The notes under the pieces: generated by a model
Told to the model about the DNA's origin: nothing
What the model saw: only the letters and a program-made list of their open reading frames with translations
Databases searched by the model: none
Shown: piece by piece, positions 1 to 9,947 of the stretch
Position numbering within the stretch: position 1 is the first letter of the stretch
Layout of the letters: every line of letters begins with the position of its first letter
From: an uncultured Gammaproteobacteria bacterium
GTDB taxonomy: Bacteria; Pseudomonadota; Gammaproteobacteria; Eutrophobiales; Eutrophobiaceae
Assembly: GCA_951812995.1 (NCBI GenBank)
Contig: CATOTD010000002.1
Coordinates: forward strand, 67,468 to 131,467
DNA: 64,000 nucleotides
Direction: 5' to 3'
Position numbers and translations under genes: made by a program

Positions 1-2
1 GT

Positions 3-923
3 GATTTTTATGCCAACAATGAGGAACAGATTGAACTACAAAGGTTGTTTTGTCAGTATGGTTATTTTTATGAAATCAAGCGTGGCGATAGGAAGTTTTT
101 AGAAGGTAAGGAAAATAACACCCATAATTTGCTTGAAAAAAAGCGGACAGATTTTAAGCACTGGGATGAAAAAATCACAATGGAAAAACTGGCCAGTATC
201 CAGATGGCCTACAAAATTGATCCAGCGTTAGATAAATGTCAGAAGGCCAACATCTTTGGTCACGCTAATGACCGCTATTATGAGCAAGTATTTTCTAGTA
301 AAGATAAGATGGATGAGTGCTATGTCAAAGAGATGATCTTGGCTTGGCATCTGTATCATGCAATCAAAATGCAGTCTGATATATACGGGACTGGCAAGAA
401 AAAAGGACAGATCGTCAGTAAAATATCCCAGCTAGAGCGGGACGATACTAAATTGTCAGAGAAGCTGACAAATATCAGCGAGATTATTGGTGGCAGTTAT
501 TTGTTTAATGATCCAATAAAAAAAGACTGTGGTGATATAAAGAATTTTTTTGACGAGAAAGACAGTTTGCGTGAAGAAGTTGAGGGATATGCTTTTTTTT
601 CACACGGCAATTACTTAACCTTAAGCATTTTTCATTTGATACTAGATAAATGCGACTACATCAAAACCTTTATTGGTAATGAGTCTGGTCTCTTTCAAAA
701 TCAAGTATTGATTGATAAGATGGTGCAAAAGTGGCTAAAGAAAGTACTAGACTCGCTCGTCAAGCCAGAATATGCGGAATCCCAAAAAAGCGGGATCACT
801 GTGAAGACCTTTTATCGGAGAAATAGCACTTGGCAAAAAATTCAACAAAGGTTTAAAAAATTGAGATATAAGACAGGGGAAGAGTTGGAAGAGATATTCC
901 CAATACCGAGTCATTTTAACTAG
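3..923 (+). CDS. AIPR-family (abortive infection phage resistance) protein, C-terminal part; runs off window start
   Basis: Frame is open from base 3 (DFYANNEEQIELQRLFCQYGYFYEIKRGD), resembling the AIPR DFxxNxxxQ and YFYExKRG motifs; AT-rich. Confidence 0.6.
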   Translation, partial: DFYANNEEQIELQRLFCQYGYFYEIKRGDRKFLEGKENNTHNLLEKKRTDFKHWDEKITMEKLASIQMAYKIDPALDKCQKANIFGHANDRYYEQVFSSKDKMDECYVKEMILAWHLYHAIKMQSDIYGTGKKKGQIVSKISQLERDDTKLSEKLTNISEIIGGSYLFNDPIKKDCGDIKNFFDEKDSLREEVEGYAFFSHGNYLTLSIFHLILDKCDYIKTFIGNESGLFQNQVLIDKMVQKWLKKVLDSLVKPEYAESQKSGITVKTFYRRNSTWQKIQQRFKKLRYKTGEELEEIFPIPSHFN

Positions 924-1116
924 CTAGCTAGACTTTAAGCAGTTCGTGCCAGCACTTGTACTAGCTTGCGAAAAAGCGGCATATCAGGTTTTATTGAACC
1001 CAGCTCTGCACCAAGATTTTGAAACAGTTTTTAACAAGGAACCTGGTATCAAAAGTAAGTAACCAGAAAAACTGATCGGCATTACCCACCGCATGAATCG
1101 GCAAACCCGTTAAATA

Positions 1117-2781
1117 TCAAGGCAGATAAAAAACGTTAGCCCGACCTTCGCCACGCGGATCACTAGCAGCGAAAATCAGCCCTCTTTTTTTCCAGATCAT
1201 AATCGCTTGCATGTTGCCATACTGACGATTTTTTTCTTTAAGCACATGCCCTTTAGATTTAAGCACGGCTTGCTCGCTACTACTCAAGCCGCCTTGTTCG
1301 TATTGCACTTCATCGGGCAGATATTGATGGTGATAGCGTGGCAGACTGACCCACGATTGAGGTGGGTTGCCCTTGGCGAAGTCCAATACACCCAACAGCA
1401 CCATAGAGATAATGCGACTGCCGCCTGGCGTACCGAGAATGCCAATGCGATCATCTGTTTCTAAAAAAGTCGGTGTCATGCTCGATAACGGTCGTTTACC
1501 TGGCGCAATGGCATTGGCGTGATCACCAACCAAACCATAGGCATTGGCTGTTAATGGCTTAACCGAGAAGTCATCCATTTCATTATTCAAAAGAACCCCG
1601 GTCCCTTGCGCAATAAAACCAGAGCCAAAGGGTAAGTTGATGCTCAAGGTTGCCGCCACCCGATTACCATCGGTATCAACAACTGAAAAGTGGGTGGTAT
1701 CGGTTCCGGTTTGATCGGTTGTTGTTATATCGCTGAGATCATGGCTCGGTGTTGCGCGGTCCAGATCAATGGATAAGGCGAGGCCCTCGGTATACTCTTC
1801 ATCCAACAGGCGCTCAACTGGAACCTTGACAAAGTCTGGATCACCAAGATAGGCCGCGCGATCACGATAGGCCCTACGCATCGCTTCGATGATGATATGT
1901 TTGCGTGTGACAGGATCATATTGCGCCAGGTCAAATTGCCCAAGTATATGCAGTGCCTGACCCATGACAATCCCACCAGAGGAAGGTGGTGCCACCGAGG
2001 TGATCGTGATCCCATTATAATCAATAATGATGGGCGCGCGTTCAACAACCTGATATTTATCCAGATCATCCAGCTCCCAAATACCGCCATTCGCTTTAAC
2101 ACTCGCCACCATCGCTTCCGCAACCGCCCCTTGATAGAACCCTTGGCTGCCATGCTTGGCCATTGTCGTTAATGTTTGTGCCAGATCTGCCTGCACGATC
2201 AAACTTCCAAGAGCGGGGATTTTGTATTCATCAAGAAAGACGCGTGCCGTATCGGGGTACTGTTTAATGACTTCAATTCTGTAGGCCATGAGTTTTCGAT
2301 AGCGCGCCGTAACCGCAAAACCTGCTTGCGCTTGTTTAATCGCCGGGGCCAGGACTTCCTTTAAGGACAAGCGCCCATAGTGCTTAACCAGATGCTCAAT
2401 ACCCGCCGGCACCCCCGGTATGCCAGCGGCCAGCGGGCCATTCAAAGACAAGCCCTTAATCGTGTTGCCCGCCTTATCTAGGTACATATCATGCGTGCTA
2501 CGCATAGGTGCTCGCTCACGGCCGTCGATCATGACTTGTTTATGATCAGAGGCGCGATGGATCAACCAAAAGCCACCCCCGCCAATCCCGGAGCTGTAAG
2601 GCTCAACAACGGCGAGTGATGCCGTAATCGCCGCCGCCGCATCGAAGGCATTACCACCTTGCTGTAGTATGTCGATACCGGCTTGTGTTGCTAAGGGGTG
2701 CGCGGTTGCAATCGCCGCTTGTTTTGGTTCAGCACTGACATAAGCCGAAAAAACTAAAATAAACAAAAAATAAAATTTCAT
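1117..2781 (-). CDS. ggt: gamma-glutamyltransferase
   Basis: Signal peptide, GGNAFDAA, IDGRERAP, nucleophile TTHFSVVD, PGKRPLSSMTP, DPRGEG; ATG at 2781 preferred over TTG at 2796. Confidence 0.96.
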   Translation of the reverse strand: MKFYFLFILVFSAYVSAEPKQAAIATAHPLATQAGIDILQQGGNAFDAAAAITASLAVVEPYSSGIGGGGFWLIHRASDHKQVMIDGRERAPMRSTHDMYLDKAGNTIKGLSLNGPLAAGIPGVPAGIEHLVKHYGRLSLKEVLAPAIKQAQAGFAVTARYRKLMAYRIEVIKQYPDTARVFLDEYKIPALGSLIVQADLAQTLTTMAKHGSQGFYQGAVAEAMVASVKANGGIWELDDLDKYQVVERAPIIIDYNGITITSVAPPSSGGIVMGQALHILGQFDLAQYDPVTRKHIIIEAMRRAYRDRAAYLGDPDFVKVPVERLLDEEYTEGLALSIDLDRATPSHDLSDITTTDQTGTDTTHFSVVDTDGNRVAATLSINLPFGSGFIAQGTGVLLNNEMDDFSVKPLTANAYGLVGDHANAIAPGKRPLSSMTPTFLETDDRIGILGTPGGSRIISMVLLGVLDFAKGNPPQSWVSLPRYHHQYLPDEVQYEQGGLSSSEQAVLKSKGHVLKEKNRQYGNMQAIMIWKKRGLIFAASDPRGEGRANVFYLP

Positions 2782-2797
2782 TAGACCCGCCCTCAAA

Positions 2798-3277
2798 TTA
2801 TGTAGAGAATTTTTCTTTTAACGCCGCAACCACTATCGGCTCCACAAATAAACTAACATCACCGTTTAGAGATGCCACCTCACGCACCAGACTTGAGCTC
2901 GTACAGGCCAGGTTTTCTGCCGGGGTTAAAAACACGGTTTCTATATCGGCGTTTAACTGTCGGTTCATGCCAGCCATTTGAAATTCATAATCAAAGTCTG
3001 ATACGGCACGGATCCCGCGCACAATGACCCGGGCATTTTTTTTACGCGCAAAATCTGTTGCCAACGTGTTGAATGGGATCACCGCAACATTCTTAAATGT
3101 CGTCAATATACCCGCCGCAAGCCGAACTCGTTCATTAACCGTAAATAATGTTTTTTTATTACCGGTATCTGCAACGGCGACGATCACCTTATCAAACAGG
3201 TTCGCGGCCCGCTGTGTAATATCAGCATGACCTTTAGTAATCGGATCGAATGTGCCGGGATAAATTGCCGTTATCAT
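2798..3277 (-). CDS. coaD: pantetheine-phosphate adenylyltransferase
   Basis: YPGTFDPITKGH, RGIRAVSDFDYE, SSSLVRE. Confidence 0.97.
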   Translation of the reverse strand: MITAIYPGTFDPITKGHADITQRAANLFDKVIVAVADTGNKKTLFTVNERVRLAAGILTTFKNVAVIPFNTLATDFARKKNARVIVRGIRAVSDFDYEFQMAGMNRQLNADIETVFLTPAENLACTSSSLVREVASLNGDVSLFVEPIVVAALKEKFST

Positions 3278-3290
3278 TGTCTCTTGCTAT

Positions 3291-3842
3291 TTAAACAACT
3301 TGTTTTATGAGCATTGATTGTACATTACCTGCCCGGTTTTGTTTCTTTAATTCCCACCCGGCGGGTAATGCCAGATTTTTTTCTGATTCAATATAAACCA
3401 GGCCATTCGTATTTAATAAGCATTGTTCACAGATTGCGGCACAACATTGTTCGGCAAACCCCTGATCAAACGGCGGGTCGAGGAAAATAATATCAAACTT
3501 GCAAGTACATAGCCGCAACCAATTTATGGCATCGGCGAGCCAGATAGTATGATTTTCGCTACCTAATGTTATCGCCTGTCGCCTTAAAACTTCGATTAAT
3601 TCTGGATTCGATTCAACCATGATCACATCTGCCGCACCCCGTGACAGTGCCTCAAACCCAAGTGCGCCGGTACCGGCAAACAGATCTAAACACCGTGCGC
3701 CAATGATCTCTTGTTGTAACCAATTAAATAATGTTTCGCGAACTCTGCCGGGCGTAGGCCGCAGATCTGAGGTGTTGATCACATCAAGTTTTCTGCCACG
3801 CCACTTGCCGGCAATAATCCGAATCCTGCCAGGTGCAGACAA
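3291..3842 (-). CDS. rsmD: 16S rRNA m2G966 methyltransferase
   Basis: IRIIAGKWRGRKL, LRPT..RVRETLFNWL, DLFAGTGALG, FLDPPF. Confidence 0.96.
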   Translation of the reverse strand: MSAPGRIRIIAGKWRGRKLDVINTSDLRPTPGRVRETLFNWLQQEIIGARCLDLFAGTGALGFEALSRGAADVIMVESNPELIEVLRRQAITLGSENHTIWLADAINWLRLCTCKFDIIFLDPPFDQGFAEQCCAAICEQCLLNTNGLVYIESEKNLALPAGWELKKQNRAGNVQSMLIKQVV

Positions 3843-3844
3843 TG

Positions 3845-5320
3845 CTATTTAGGAGCCTGCTTTTGTTTTTCCGCTGACGCACCCACCATCACAGTAACCA
3901 GCTTGTCTGGCAACAGACGTTGGCTAAATGCGCGCTTGATTTGATCAATCGTCACGGCATCGACATTGGCATTAAACGTATCGAGATAATCCAACGGCAA
4001 TTTATAGTAAGCAATAACGACCACATAGCCAAGAATCTTGGCATTGCTGTCTATGCGCATTGGATAGCTACCGGTAATATTTTTCTTGGCGGCAATTAAT
4101 TCTGCCTCGGTGGGGCCTGTTTCTATATAACTTTTTATATTTTCCATTAAGACAGACAAGGCCGCATTGGCCTGTTCTGTTTTGGTCTGTAATCCGGCAA
4201 TGAAAGGGCCTGCAAAACGCATGGGTGAAAAATAACTGTATGCGCTGTAAGACAAACCGCGTTTCTCACGCACCTCGGCAAATAAACGCGAAACCATGCC
4301 ACCCCCTCCTAAGATATGATTGCCAACATATAGCGGAAAATAATCCAGATCGTCACGTTTAAGGCCAGGTTGTCCGATCAGGATATGGGTTTGTGTTGAT
4401 GGGTGTTCTATAAATACGTTATGGGCTTGGTGCAGATTATTGACTGGCGGTAAAGGTTCGGCTTTCTCGCCGGGGTTAAGATCACGGGTTATATCTTCGG
4501 CAATCTTCTCGGCATGGCTTCGATCAATCGCACCAACAATGGCGATAAGCGCGTTGTTAGCGACGTAATACTGCTGGTAAAAAGCCGTTATATCGCGCCG
4601 CCCGATAGCACTCACAGATGCCTGCGTGCCTTCGCCGGGATTAGCATAAGGATGAGATTGATAGACCGCCCGCATAAAAGCATCTTTAGCCACTGCGCTC
4701 GGCGATTGTTTTTTTGCTTGTATTCCAATCAGCCTTTGCGCACGGTGGCGCGCTAACGCCGCTTCCGGAAAATCAGGTTTTGACAAGACACGTTTAAAGT
4801 TTTCTATGGCTGCCGTTAATAGTGTGTCATCGGTAAGTGATCGTAATTGAACGGTTGCAAAATCATAACCGGCACTGGCACCAAACACCGCACCAAGCGA
4901 TTCAAACCCCGTGCTGACCGTATCCGCATCCAGCCCGCCCGCACCTTGATCCAACAGGCCGCTGGTCAAGGTTGCTAACCCGGGTAAATCACCATCGCGA
5001 CTACTGCCCGCATCAAACACGACTTGTAAATCAACCATCGGTATCTCAGGCGTGTAGACATAATAAACGGCCACACCGTTTTTTGTCTGCCAATGTTCAA
5101 TCTTGGGCGCAGCTTGAATAGCCGCCCCACTTGTAAGCAACACGACACTCAAAATAAATTTTACAATGCCATTGAAAATAGTAGTTTTTTTGTGTGTACA
5201 TAACAGAGTCGGAAGGGATAGGTTATGCCTAAAACCACCGTGCCTTACACTTACCCGAACACTAAATCGATGCAACAATCGCTGGATAAATCTATTGGTA
5301 AACGTACGCTTAACGATCAT
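3845..5320 (-). CDS. M16 (pitrilysin) family peptidase, non-catalytic subunit
   Basis: M16 motifs (FDAGS, SRLFAEVREKRGLSY) but no HXXEH; coupled to the upstream M16 gene; start uncertain. Confidence 0.9.
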   Translation of the reverse strand: MIVKRTFTNRFIQRLLHRFSVRVSVRHGGFRHNLSLPTLLCTHKKTTIFNGIVKFILSVVLLTSGAAIQAAPKIEHWQTKNGVAVYYVYTPEIPMVDLQVVFDAGSSRDGDLPGLATLTSGLLDQGAGGLDADTVSTGFESLGAVFGASAGYDFATVQLRSLTDDTLLTAAIENFKRVLSKPDFPEAALARHRAQRLIGIQAKKQSPSAVAKDAFMRAVYQSHPYANPGEGTQASVSAIGRRDITAFYQQYYVANNALIAIVGAIDRSHAEKIAEDITRDLNPGEKAEPLPPVNNLHQAHNVFIEHPSTQTHILIGQPGLKRDDLDYFPLYVGNHILGGGGMVSRLFAEVREKRGLSYSAYSYFSPMRFAGPFIAGLQTKTEQANAALSVLMENIKSYIETGPTEAELIAAKKNITGSYPMRIDSNAKILGYVVVIAYYKLPLDYLDTFNANVDAVTIDQIKRAFSQRLLPDKLVTVMVGASAEKQKQAPK

Positions 5321-6704
5321 GAGGATCCCCTCGTTGTTGCCGCTGTGTTTGGCTGGTCATGGGTTGAGGATCCAGCACCGCTACGGTTAGACGATCATCA
5401 ACCAAATATTTTTTTGCAACCATCATCACCTGCTCCGCCGTTATCGCTTTAACATTATCAACATAGCGGTCTGCAAGATGCCAGGACAACCCCACGGTCT
5501 CCAATATTCCAAGGATCATCGCTTGATAAAAAACCGAATCTTTTTCATAAACATCACTTGATATAACCTGTGCCTTAACACGTTGCAACTCTTCCGCGCT
5601 GACAGGATTATGTTGTAAATCCAATAACTCGTTGCGTAATGCTGTTTCAAGTGCTGCTACCGTCTTACCTTTTGCCGGCGTGCCGGACAGGATAAACAAA
5701 TTATCCAAACGGGAAATCATCCGATAACCCGCGCTGGCACCTGCTGCAACCTCCGCACCTCTTATAAGACGACTGGCAATGCGGGCACTGCTACCGCCAT
5801 CGAGTATTCCAGCCAACACTTCCAGGGCATAAGGCTCCCAGGCCAATGGGTTTTGTGCTTCGCCGTCGGCTGGCTTCACGACCGGTGTTTTATACGCCAT
5901 CATCAAATAAGGTAGTTCTGCGGGACGTTTAACCGTTACTCGCTTGGTCCCTTTTTGTGCGACTTCTTTGAGTGATTTTGGGGTCATTGCTGGGCCTGCC
6001 GGCAAGGGGCCAAAGTATTTTTTAGCCAGGGTCAACACGGCCTCTGGCTTTACATCGCCCGCCACCACCAGCGTTGCATTGTTGGGCGCATACCATTTTT
6101 TATACCAGACACTCAAATCCGCAACGGTCATATTATCTAGATCCTGCATCCAACCGATCACCGGGAAACGATAAGGACTCGTCTGAAATGCCGTTGCCAT
6201 CGCGACTTCATAAAGGTATGACTGCGGCCTGTCATCGGTACGCCAACGGCGTTCTTCTTTAACGACCTCGATCTCTTTGGCAAACGCGGTCTCAGGCAGG
6301 CTTAGAAAACGCATACGATCGGCTTCTAATTCAAAACTGATTGCCAGGCGTGATTTCTCCAGTGTTTGAAAATATGCCGTGTAATCGGGCCCGGTGAAGG
6401 CATTATCACTACCGCCATTTTCTGCAATGATGCGAGAAAACGCACCGTCTGGAAATTTTTCTGTACCTTTAAACATCATGTGTTCCAGCACATGGGACAG
6501 GCCAGTAATACCATCATGTTCATAACTGCCGCCTACTTTGTACCAGACTTGAGTGACGACGATAGGGGCGCGATGGTCTTCTTTAACCAGCAATTTAAGG
6601 CCGTTTTCCAAGCGAAATTCAGTCACTGTTGCATCAGCAAACACGGGGGTGATTAAAACCAGACTTAGTAAAACTATTTTCAGGGGTCGATAAGAATATT
6701 TCAT
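5310..6704 (-). CDS. M16 family zinc peptidase, catalytic subunit
   Basis: Signal peptide, HVLEHMMFKGT (HXXEH), NAFT, EERR. Confidence 0.93.
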   Translation of the reverse strand: MKYSYRPLKIVLLSLVLITPVFADATVTEFRLENGLKLLVKEDHRAPIVVTQVWYKVGGSYEHDGITGLSHVLEHMMFKGTEKFPDGAFSRIIAENGGSDNAFTGPDYTAYFQTLEKSRLAISFELEADRMRFLSLPETAFAKEIEVVKEERRWRTDDRPQSYLYEVAMATAFQTSPYRFPVIGWMQDLDNMTVADLSVWYKKWYAPNNATLVVAGDVKPEAVLTLAKKYFGPLPAGPAMTPKSLKEVAQKGTKRVTVKRPAELPYLMMAYKTPVVKPADGEAQNPLAWEPYALEVLAGILDGGSSARIASRLIRGAEVAAGASAGYRMISRLDNLFILSGTPAKGKTVAALETALRNELLDLQHNPVSAEELQRVKAQVISSDVYEKDSVFYQAMILGILETVGLSWHLADRYVDNVKAITAEQVMMVAKKYLVDDRLTVAVLDPQPMTSQTQRQQRGDPHDR

Positions 6705-6829
6705 TTTTTATATGTCTTAAATTTAAGAAATCAAATCTTTATGTTGTGGACATTATAGCGTGCGGCCTTTGCACAAAACACCTTATTTGAAGGTTATGCC
6801 GGCAATGATGCCATTTTCGGATGCCCGCC

Positions 6830-7089
6830 GTGGGTCGGACTGGGTCGGATTGGGCCAAGCTGGGTCGAGCTGGGTCAAGCTGGGCCAAGTTGGGTCGAGC
6901 TGGGTCAAGCTGGGTCGAGTTGGGTCGGACGTGGGTTGAGTCGGATCGAGCTGGGTCAAGCTGGGCCGGGTTGGGTCGGACGTGGGTTGAGTCGGGTCGA
7001 GCTGGGTCGGGCTGGGTCAAGCTGGGTCGAGTTGGGTCGGGCTGGGCCAAGCTGGATCGGGCTGGGTCGGGTTGGGCCGGGTTGAGTCG
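6830..7089. repeat. G-rich ~10-bp tandem array (TGGGTCGAGC-like, about 26 units)
   Basis: TGGG recurs every 10 nt with two 11-nt variants; lies between divergent M16 and ftsY genes. Confidence 0.95.
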
Positions 7090-7188
7090 TTAGTGCAAAG
7101 GTCTCAGTATGTATTTCTCTTTATGAGTTCGATATTACTTAGTGGTAGGATATGGCAATCTAACTGACAGCATATTGAAAAATTACGG

Positions 7189-8145
7189 GTGTTTGGTTTT
7201 AAGAAAAAAAGCATTGCTGATACAACTATCAATTCGGATGCAAAGGCAACACTCGCAGAACGCCTGAAACGTACCCGTACGGGTATGTTTGGCGGGTTGT
7301 TCAAACACAATAAAACGGTGATTGATAATGCCGCATTAGCAGATCTTGAAGACCGCCTGTTATTGGCTGACATCGGCATCAAAACAACCGATCAGATCAT
7401 GCAATTACTCAAGACTGACACAAACAAGCGCACGCTCAAAGACCCGCTCGAACAATTAAAAGAAATCCTGTTACCCACCCTGCAATCAGTCGCAAAAGGG
7501 CTGACTATTCCGGTTGTTGCAAACAAGCCCTATTTGATTTTGGTGGTAGGGGTCAACGGTGTCGGCAAGACCACCACCATCGGCAAACTTGCCAAACGAT
7601 TACAGCGTGAGGGTAAGACGGTCATGTTGGCAGCGGGCGACACCTTTCGCGCCGCGGCCATTGAACAACTGCAAGTCTGGGGCGAACGACATAACATTAG
7701 AGTGGTCGCGCAAGCACCAGGGGCCGACTCGGCCGCAGTTATTTTTGATGCCTTAAAGTCGGCGCGGGCCAATAATATTGATGTCTTAATCGCCGATACC
7801 GCCGGCCGCTTACACAATAAAAGCAACTTGATGGCAGAAATGAAAAAAATCCATCGCATCGGCAGCAAGTTTGATGCCGACTTGCACAGCGAAGTGTTAT
7901 TGATATTAGACGCTGGCACCGGTCAAAATGCGTTGATACAAGCGCAACAGTTCCATGACATTATTGGTGTTGACGGGATCGTCTTAACCAAACTTGATGG
8001 GACTGCAAAAGGCGGGATTGTGTTTTTACTCGCCGAAGAACTAGGCATCCCGATACGATTTATTGGTGTGGGTGAACAGGTTGAGGATTTACGACCCTTT
8101 AATGCCGTCGAATTTATGGATGCCCTACTCAGAGATAAGCCATGA
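7189..8145 (+). CDS. ftsY: SRP receptor FtsY, short form without acidic domain
   Basis: GVNGVGKTTTIGKLA, DTFRAAA, DTAGRL, TKLDGTAKGG. Confidence 0.97.
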   Translation: MFGFKKKSIADTTINSDAKATLAERLKRTRTGMFGGLFKHNKTVIDNAALADLEDRLLLADIGIKTTDQIMQLLKTDTNKRTLKDPLEQLKEILLPTLQSVAKGLTIPVVANKPYLILVVGVNGVGKTTTIGKLAKRLQREGKTVMLAAGDTFRAAAIEQLQVWGERHNIRVVAQAPGADSAAVIFDALKSARANNIDVLIADTAGRLHNKSNLMAEMKKIHRIGSKFDADLHSEVLLILDAGTGQNALIQAQQFHDIIGVDGIVLTKLDGTAKGGIVFLLAEELGIPIRFIGVGEQVEDLRPFNAVEFMDALLRDKP

Positions 8146-8819
8146 TTCAATTTACCCATGTACACATGAATTACCCGGGCGGCAACGAAGCCCTGCGCAA
8201 CATCAATCTGCATATAGAACAAGGGGCTATGGTTTACATTGCGGGTCGGTCGGGTGCGGGTAAGAGTACGCTATTACGTTTAGTCGCCTTGATTGATCGT
8301 CATTCCCGCGGTCAGATCATCGTTAATGGCCAGAACCTGGCGCGCGTACGCAATGCACGGATCCCCATCTTCAGGCGGCATATTGGGTTCATGTTTCAAG
8401 ATCACCGCCTGCTTAATGACCGCACCGTATTTGATAATGTCGCCCTACCGTTGGTTATCGCTGGTAGTCGGCATCGAGAAATACGCAAACGTGTACAGGC
8501 CGCGCTGGATAAGGTCAGTCTGTTAGCTAAGGTCAATAGCTACCCAATGGCGTTATCGGGTGGTGAACAGCAACGTGTTGGTGTCGCTCGTGCCGTGGTG
8601 CACCGTCCGGCCATATTACTGGCTGATGAACCAACCGGTAATCTGGACCCGACCTTATCATGGGATACGATGAAGTTGTTTGAACAATTCAATCAAGTCG
8701 GTGTCACCGTGCTGATTGCCAGTCATGATATCGATATGGTTAGACGCATGTCCAAGCGCATCATCACGTTAAAAAAGGGGCGCATACTAACGCATGATGG
8801 CACACCGACAACGCAATGA
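8142..8819 (+). CDS. ftsE: cell division ATP-binding protein FtsE
   Basis: ABC motifs GRSGAGKS, LSGGEQQR, LLADEPTGNLD; ftsY-E-X order. Confidence 0.96.
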   Translation: MIQFTHVHMNYPGGNEALRNINLHIEQGAMVYIAGRSGAGKSTLLRLVALIDRHSRGQIIVNGQNLARVRNARIPIFRRHIGFMFQDHRLLNDRTVFDNVALPLVIAGSRHREIRKRVQAALDKVSLLAKVNSYPMALSGGEQQRVGVARAVVHRPAILLADEPTGNLDPTLSWDTMKLFEQFNQVGVTVLIASHDIDMVRRMSKRIITLKKGRILTHDGTPTTQ

Positions 8820-9796
8820 ACGCCGCCAAGCGCCGCAATACCCGTCCCGACAAGACCGCCAAGAGTGCGCTAAGACACCGTTTTGAACGATGGCTGTTAC
8901 AACATGCGCAGGCTTTTATTTTTAGTCTTGGGCAATACATCAAACACCCAGTCAGTAATATATTAACCACCGCCGTAATAGGGATTTCACTGGCCTTGCC
9001 CGCCAGTTTTTATTTACTACTCGATAATGTACGTCACGTCTCATCAGGTTGGGATGGATCATCGCAAATAACCTTGTTCCTACAAACAGAGATAGACGAT
9101 ACACAAGCACTTGCGTTTGCAAACACCTTGGCTAATAACGACAACGTGCGTGAAACCATCTTGATCAAACGCGCTGAGGCACTGGCTGAATATCGACAAC
9201 TGTCTGGTTTTGCAGATGCCCTTGAGATCCTTGACGAAAACCCACTGCCGAACGTCGTACTGGTTAAACCGCACTTCGACAATGCCAACGAGGACCAAAT
9301 CAAGACCTTGATCAAAGCACTTGAAACGATGCCAGCAGTAGATAGCGCCCAGTATGATAGCCGCTGGCTACAACGTCTGCTGTCGTTGCTGGATATCGTT
9401 AATCGCTTGATCGTGATTCTATCGACGCTACTTGGCGTTGCCGTATTGTTGGTTGTTGGCAATACCATACGCCTTGCTATCCATAATCATCGAGCAGAGA
9501 TTGAAATTAGCAAACTCTTTGGCGGCACCGACAGCTTTATCCAGCGCCCTTTTTTATATAGTGGTCTCTGGTATGGCATGTTTGGCGGCATTATTGCTTG
9601 GTTACTGATCGTCATATCTACGCACATACTGCGCCAGCCAGTCAGACAACTGGCCAATCTCTATGCCAGCGATTTTCAACTCATCGGGCTAGGTTTTGGC
9701 CATTCTTTGGTGCTGCTCGGTGTCGGTATCGCACTCGGATTAGTGGGTTCATGGATAGCCGTCAAGCGTCATTTAAGGGCTATTGAGCCAGTCTAA
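8816..9796 (+). CDS. ftsX: cell division permease FtsX
   Basis: ENPLP, GNTIRL, FIQRPFLY; transmembrane pattern. Confidence 0.95.
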   Translation: MNAAKRRNTRPDKTAKSALRHRFERWLLQHAQAFIFSLGQYIKHPVSNILTTAVIGISLALPASFYLLLDNVRHVSSGWDGSSQITLFLQTEIDDTQALAFANTLANNDNVRETILIKRAEALAEYRQLSGFADALEILDENPLPNVVLVKPHFDNANEDQIKTLIKALETMPAVDSAQYDSRWLQRLLSLLDIVNRLIVILSTLLGVAVLLVVGNTIRLAIHNHRAEIEISKLFGGTDSFIQRPFLYSGLWYGMFGGIIAWLLIVISTHILRQPVRQLANLYASDFQLIGLGFGHSLVLLGVGIALGLVGSWIAVKRHLRAIEPV

Positions 9797-9842
9797 AGCC
9801 GCGCTCTTAAATTTATAATCTTTATTATATTCATTAACTTAG

Positions 9843-9870
9843 GGAAATATTCAGACTGAATGCAGTCAAA
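9843..9870 (+). promoter_or_regulatory. possible sigmaE-type promoter for rpoH
   Basis: GGAAAT-N16-GTCAAA, similar to the GGAACT-N16-GTCnAA consensus. Confidence 0.4.
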
Positions 9871-9872
9871 AA

Positions 9873-9899
9873 TTAGCACTCTATGCTTTTGAGTGCTAA
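9873..9899. promoter_or_regulatory. CIRCE element (HrcA operator)
   Basis: Perfect TTAGCACTC-N9-GAGTGCTAA upstream of rpoH. Confidence 0.95.
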
Positions 9900-9947
9900 A
9901 CTTACGCTAACAACAGCCGATCTAACTTAACAGTACAGGAAAAGATT

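Noticed and set aside
6739..7093. Low-complexity ORFs on both strands of the 10-mer array; possible CRISPR
   Set aside because: The ORFs are by-products of the repeat; there are no unique spacers and no cas genes
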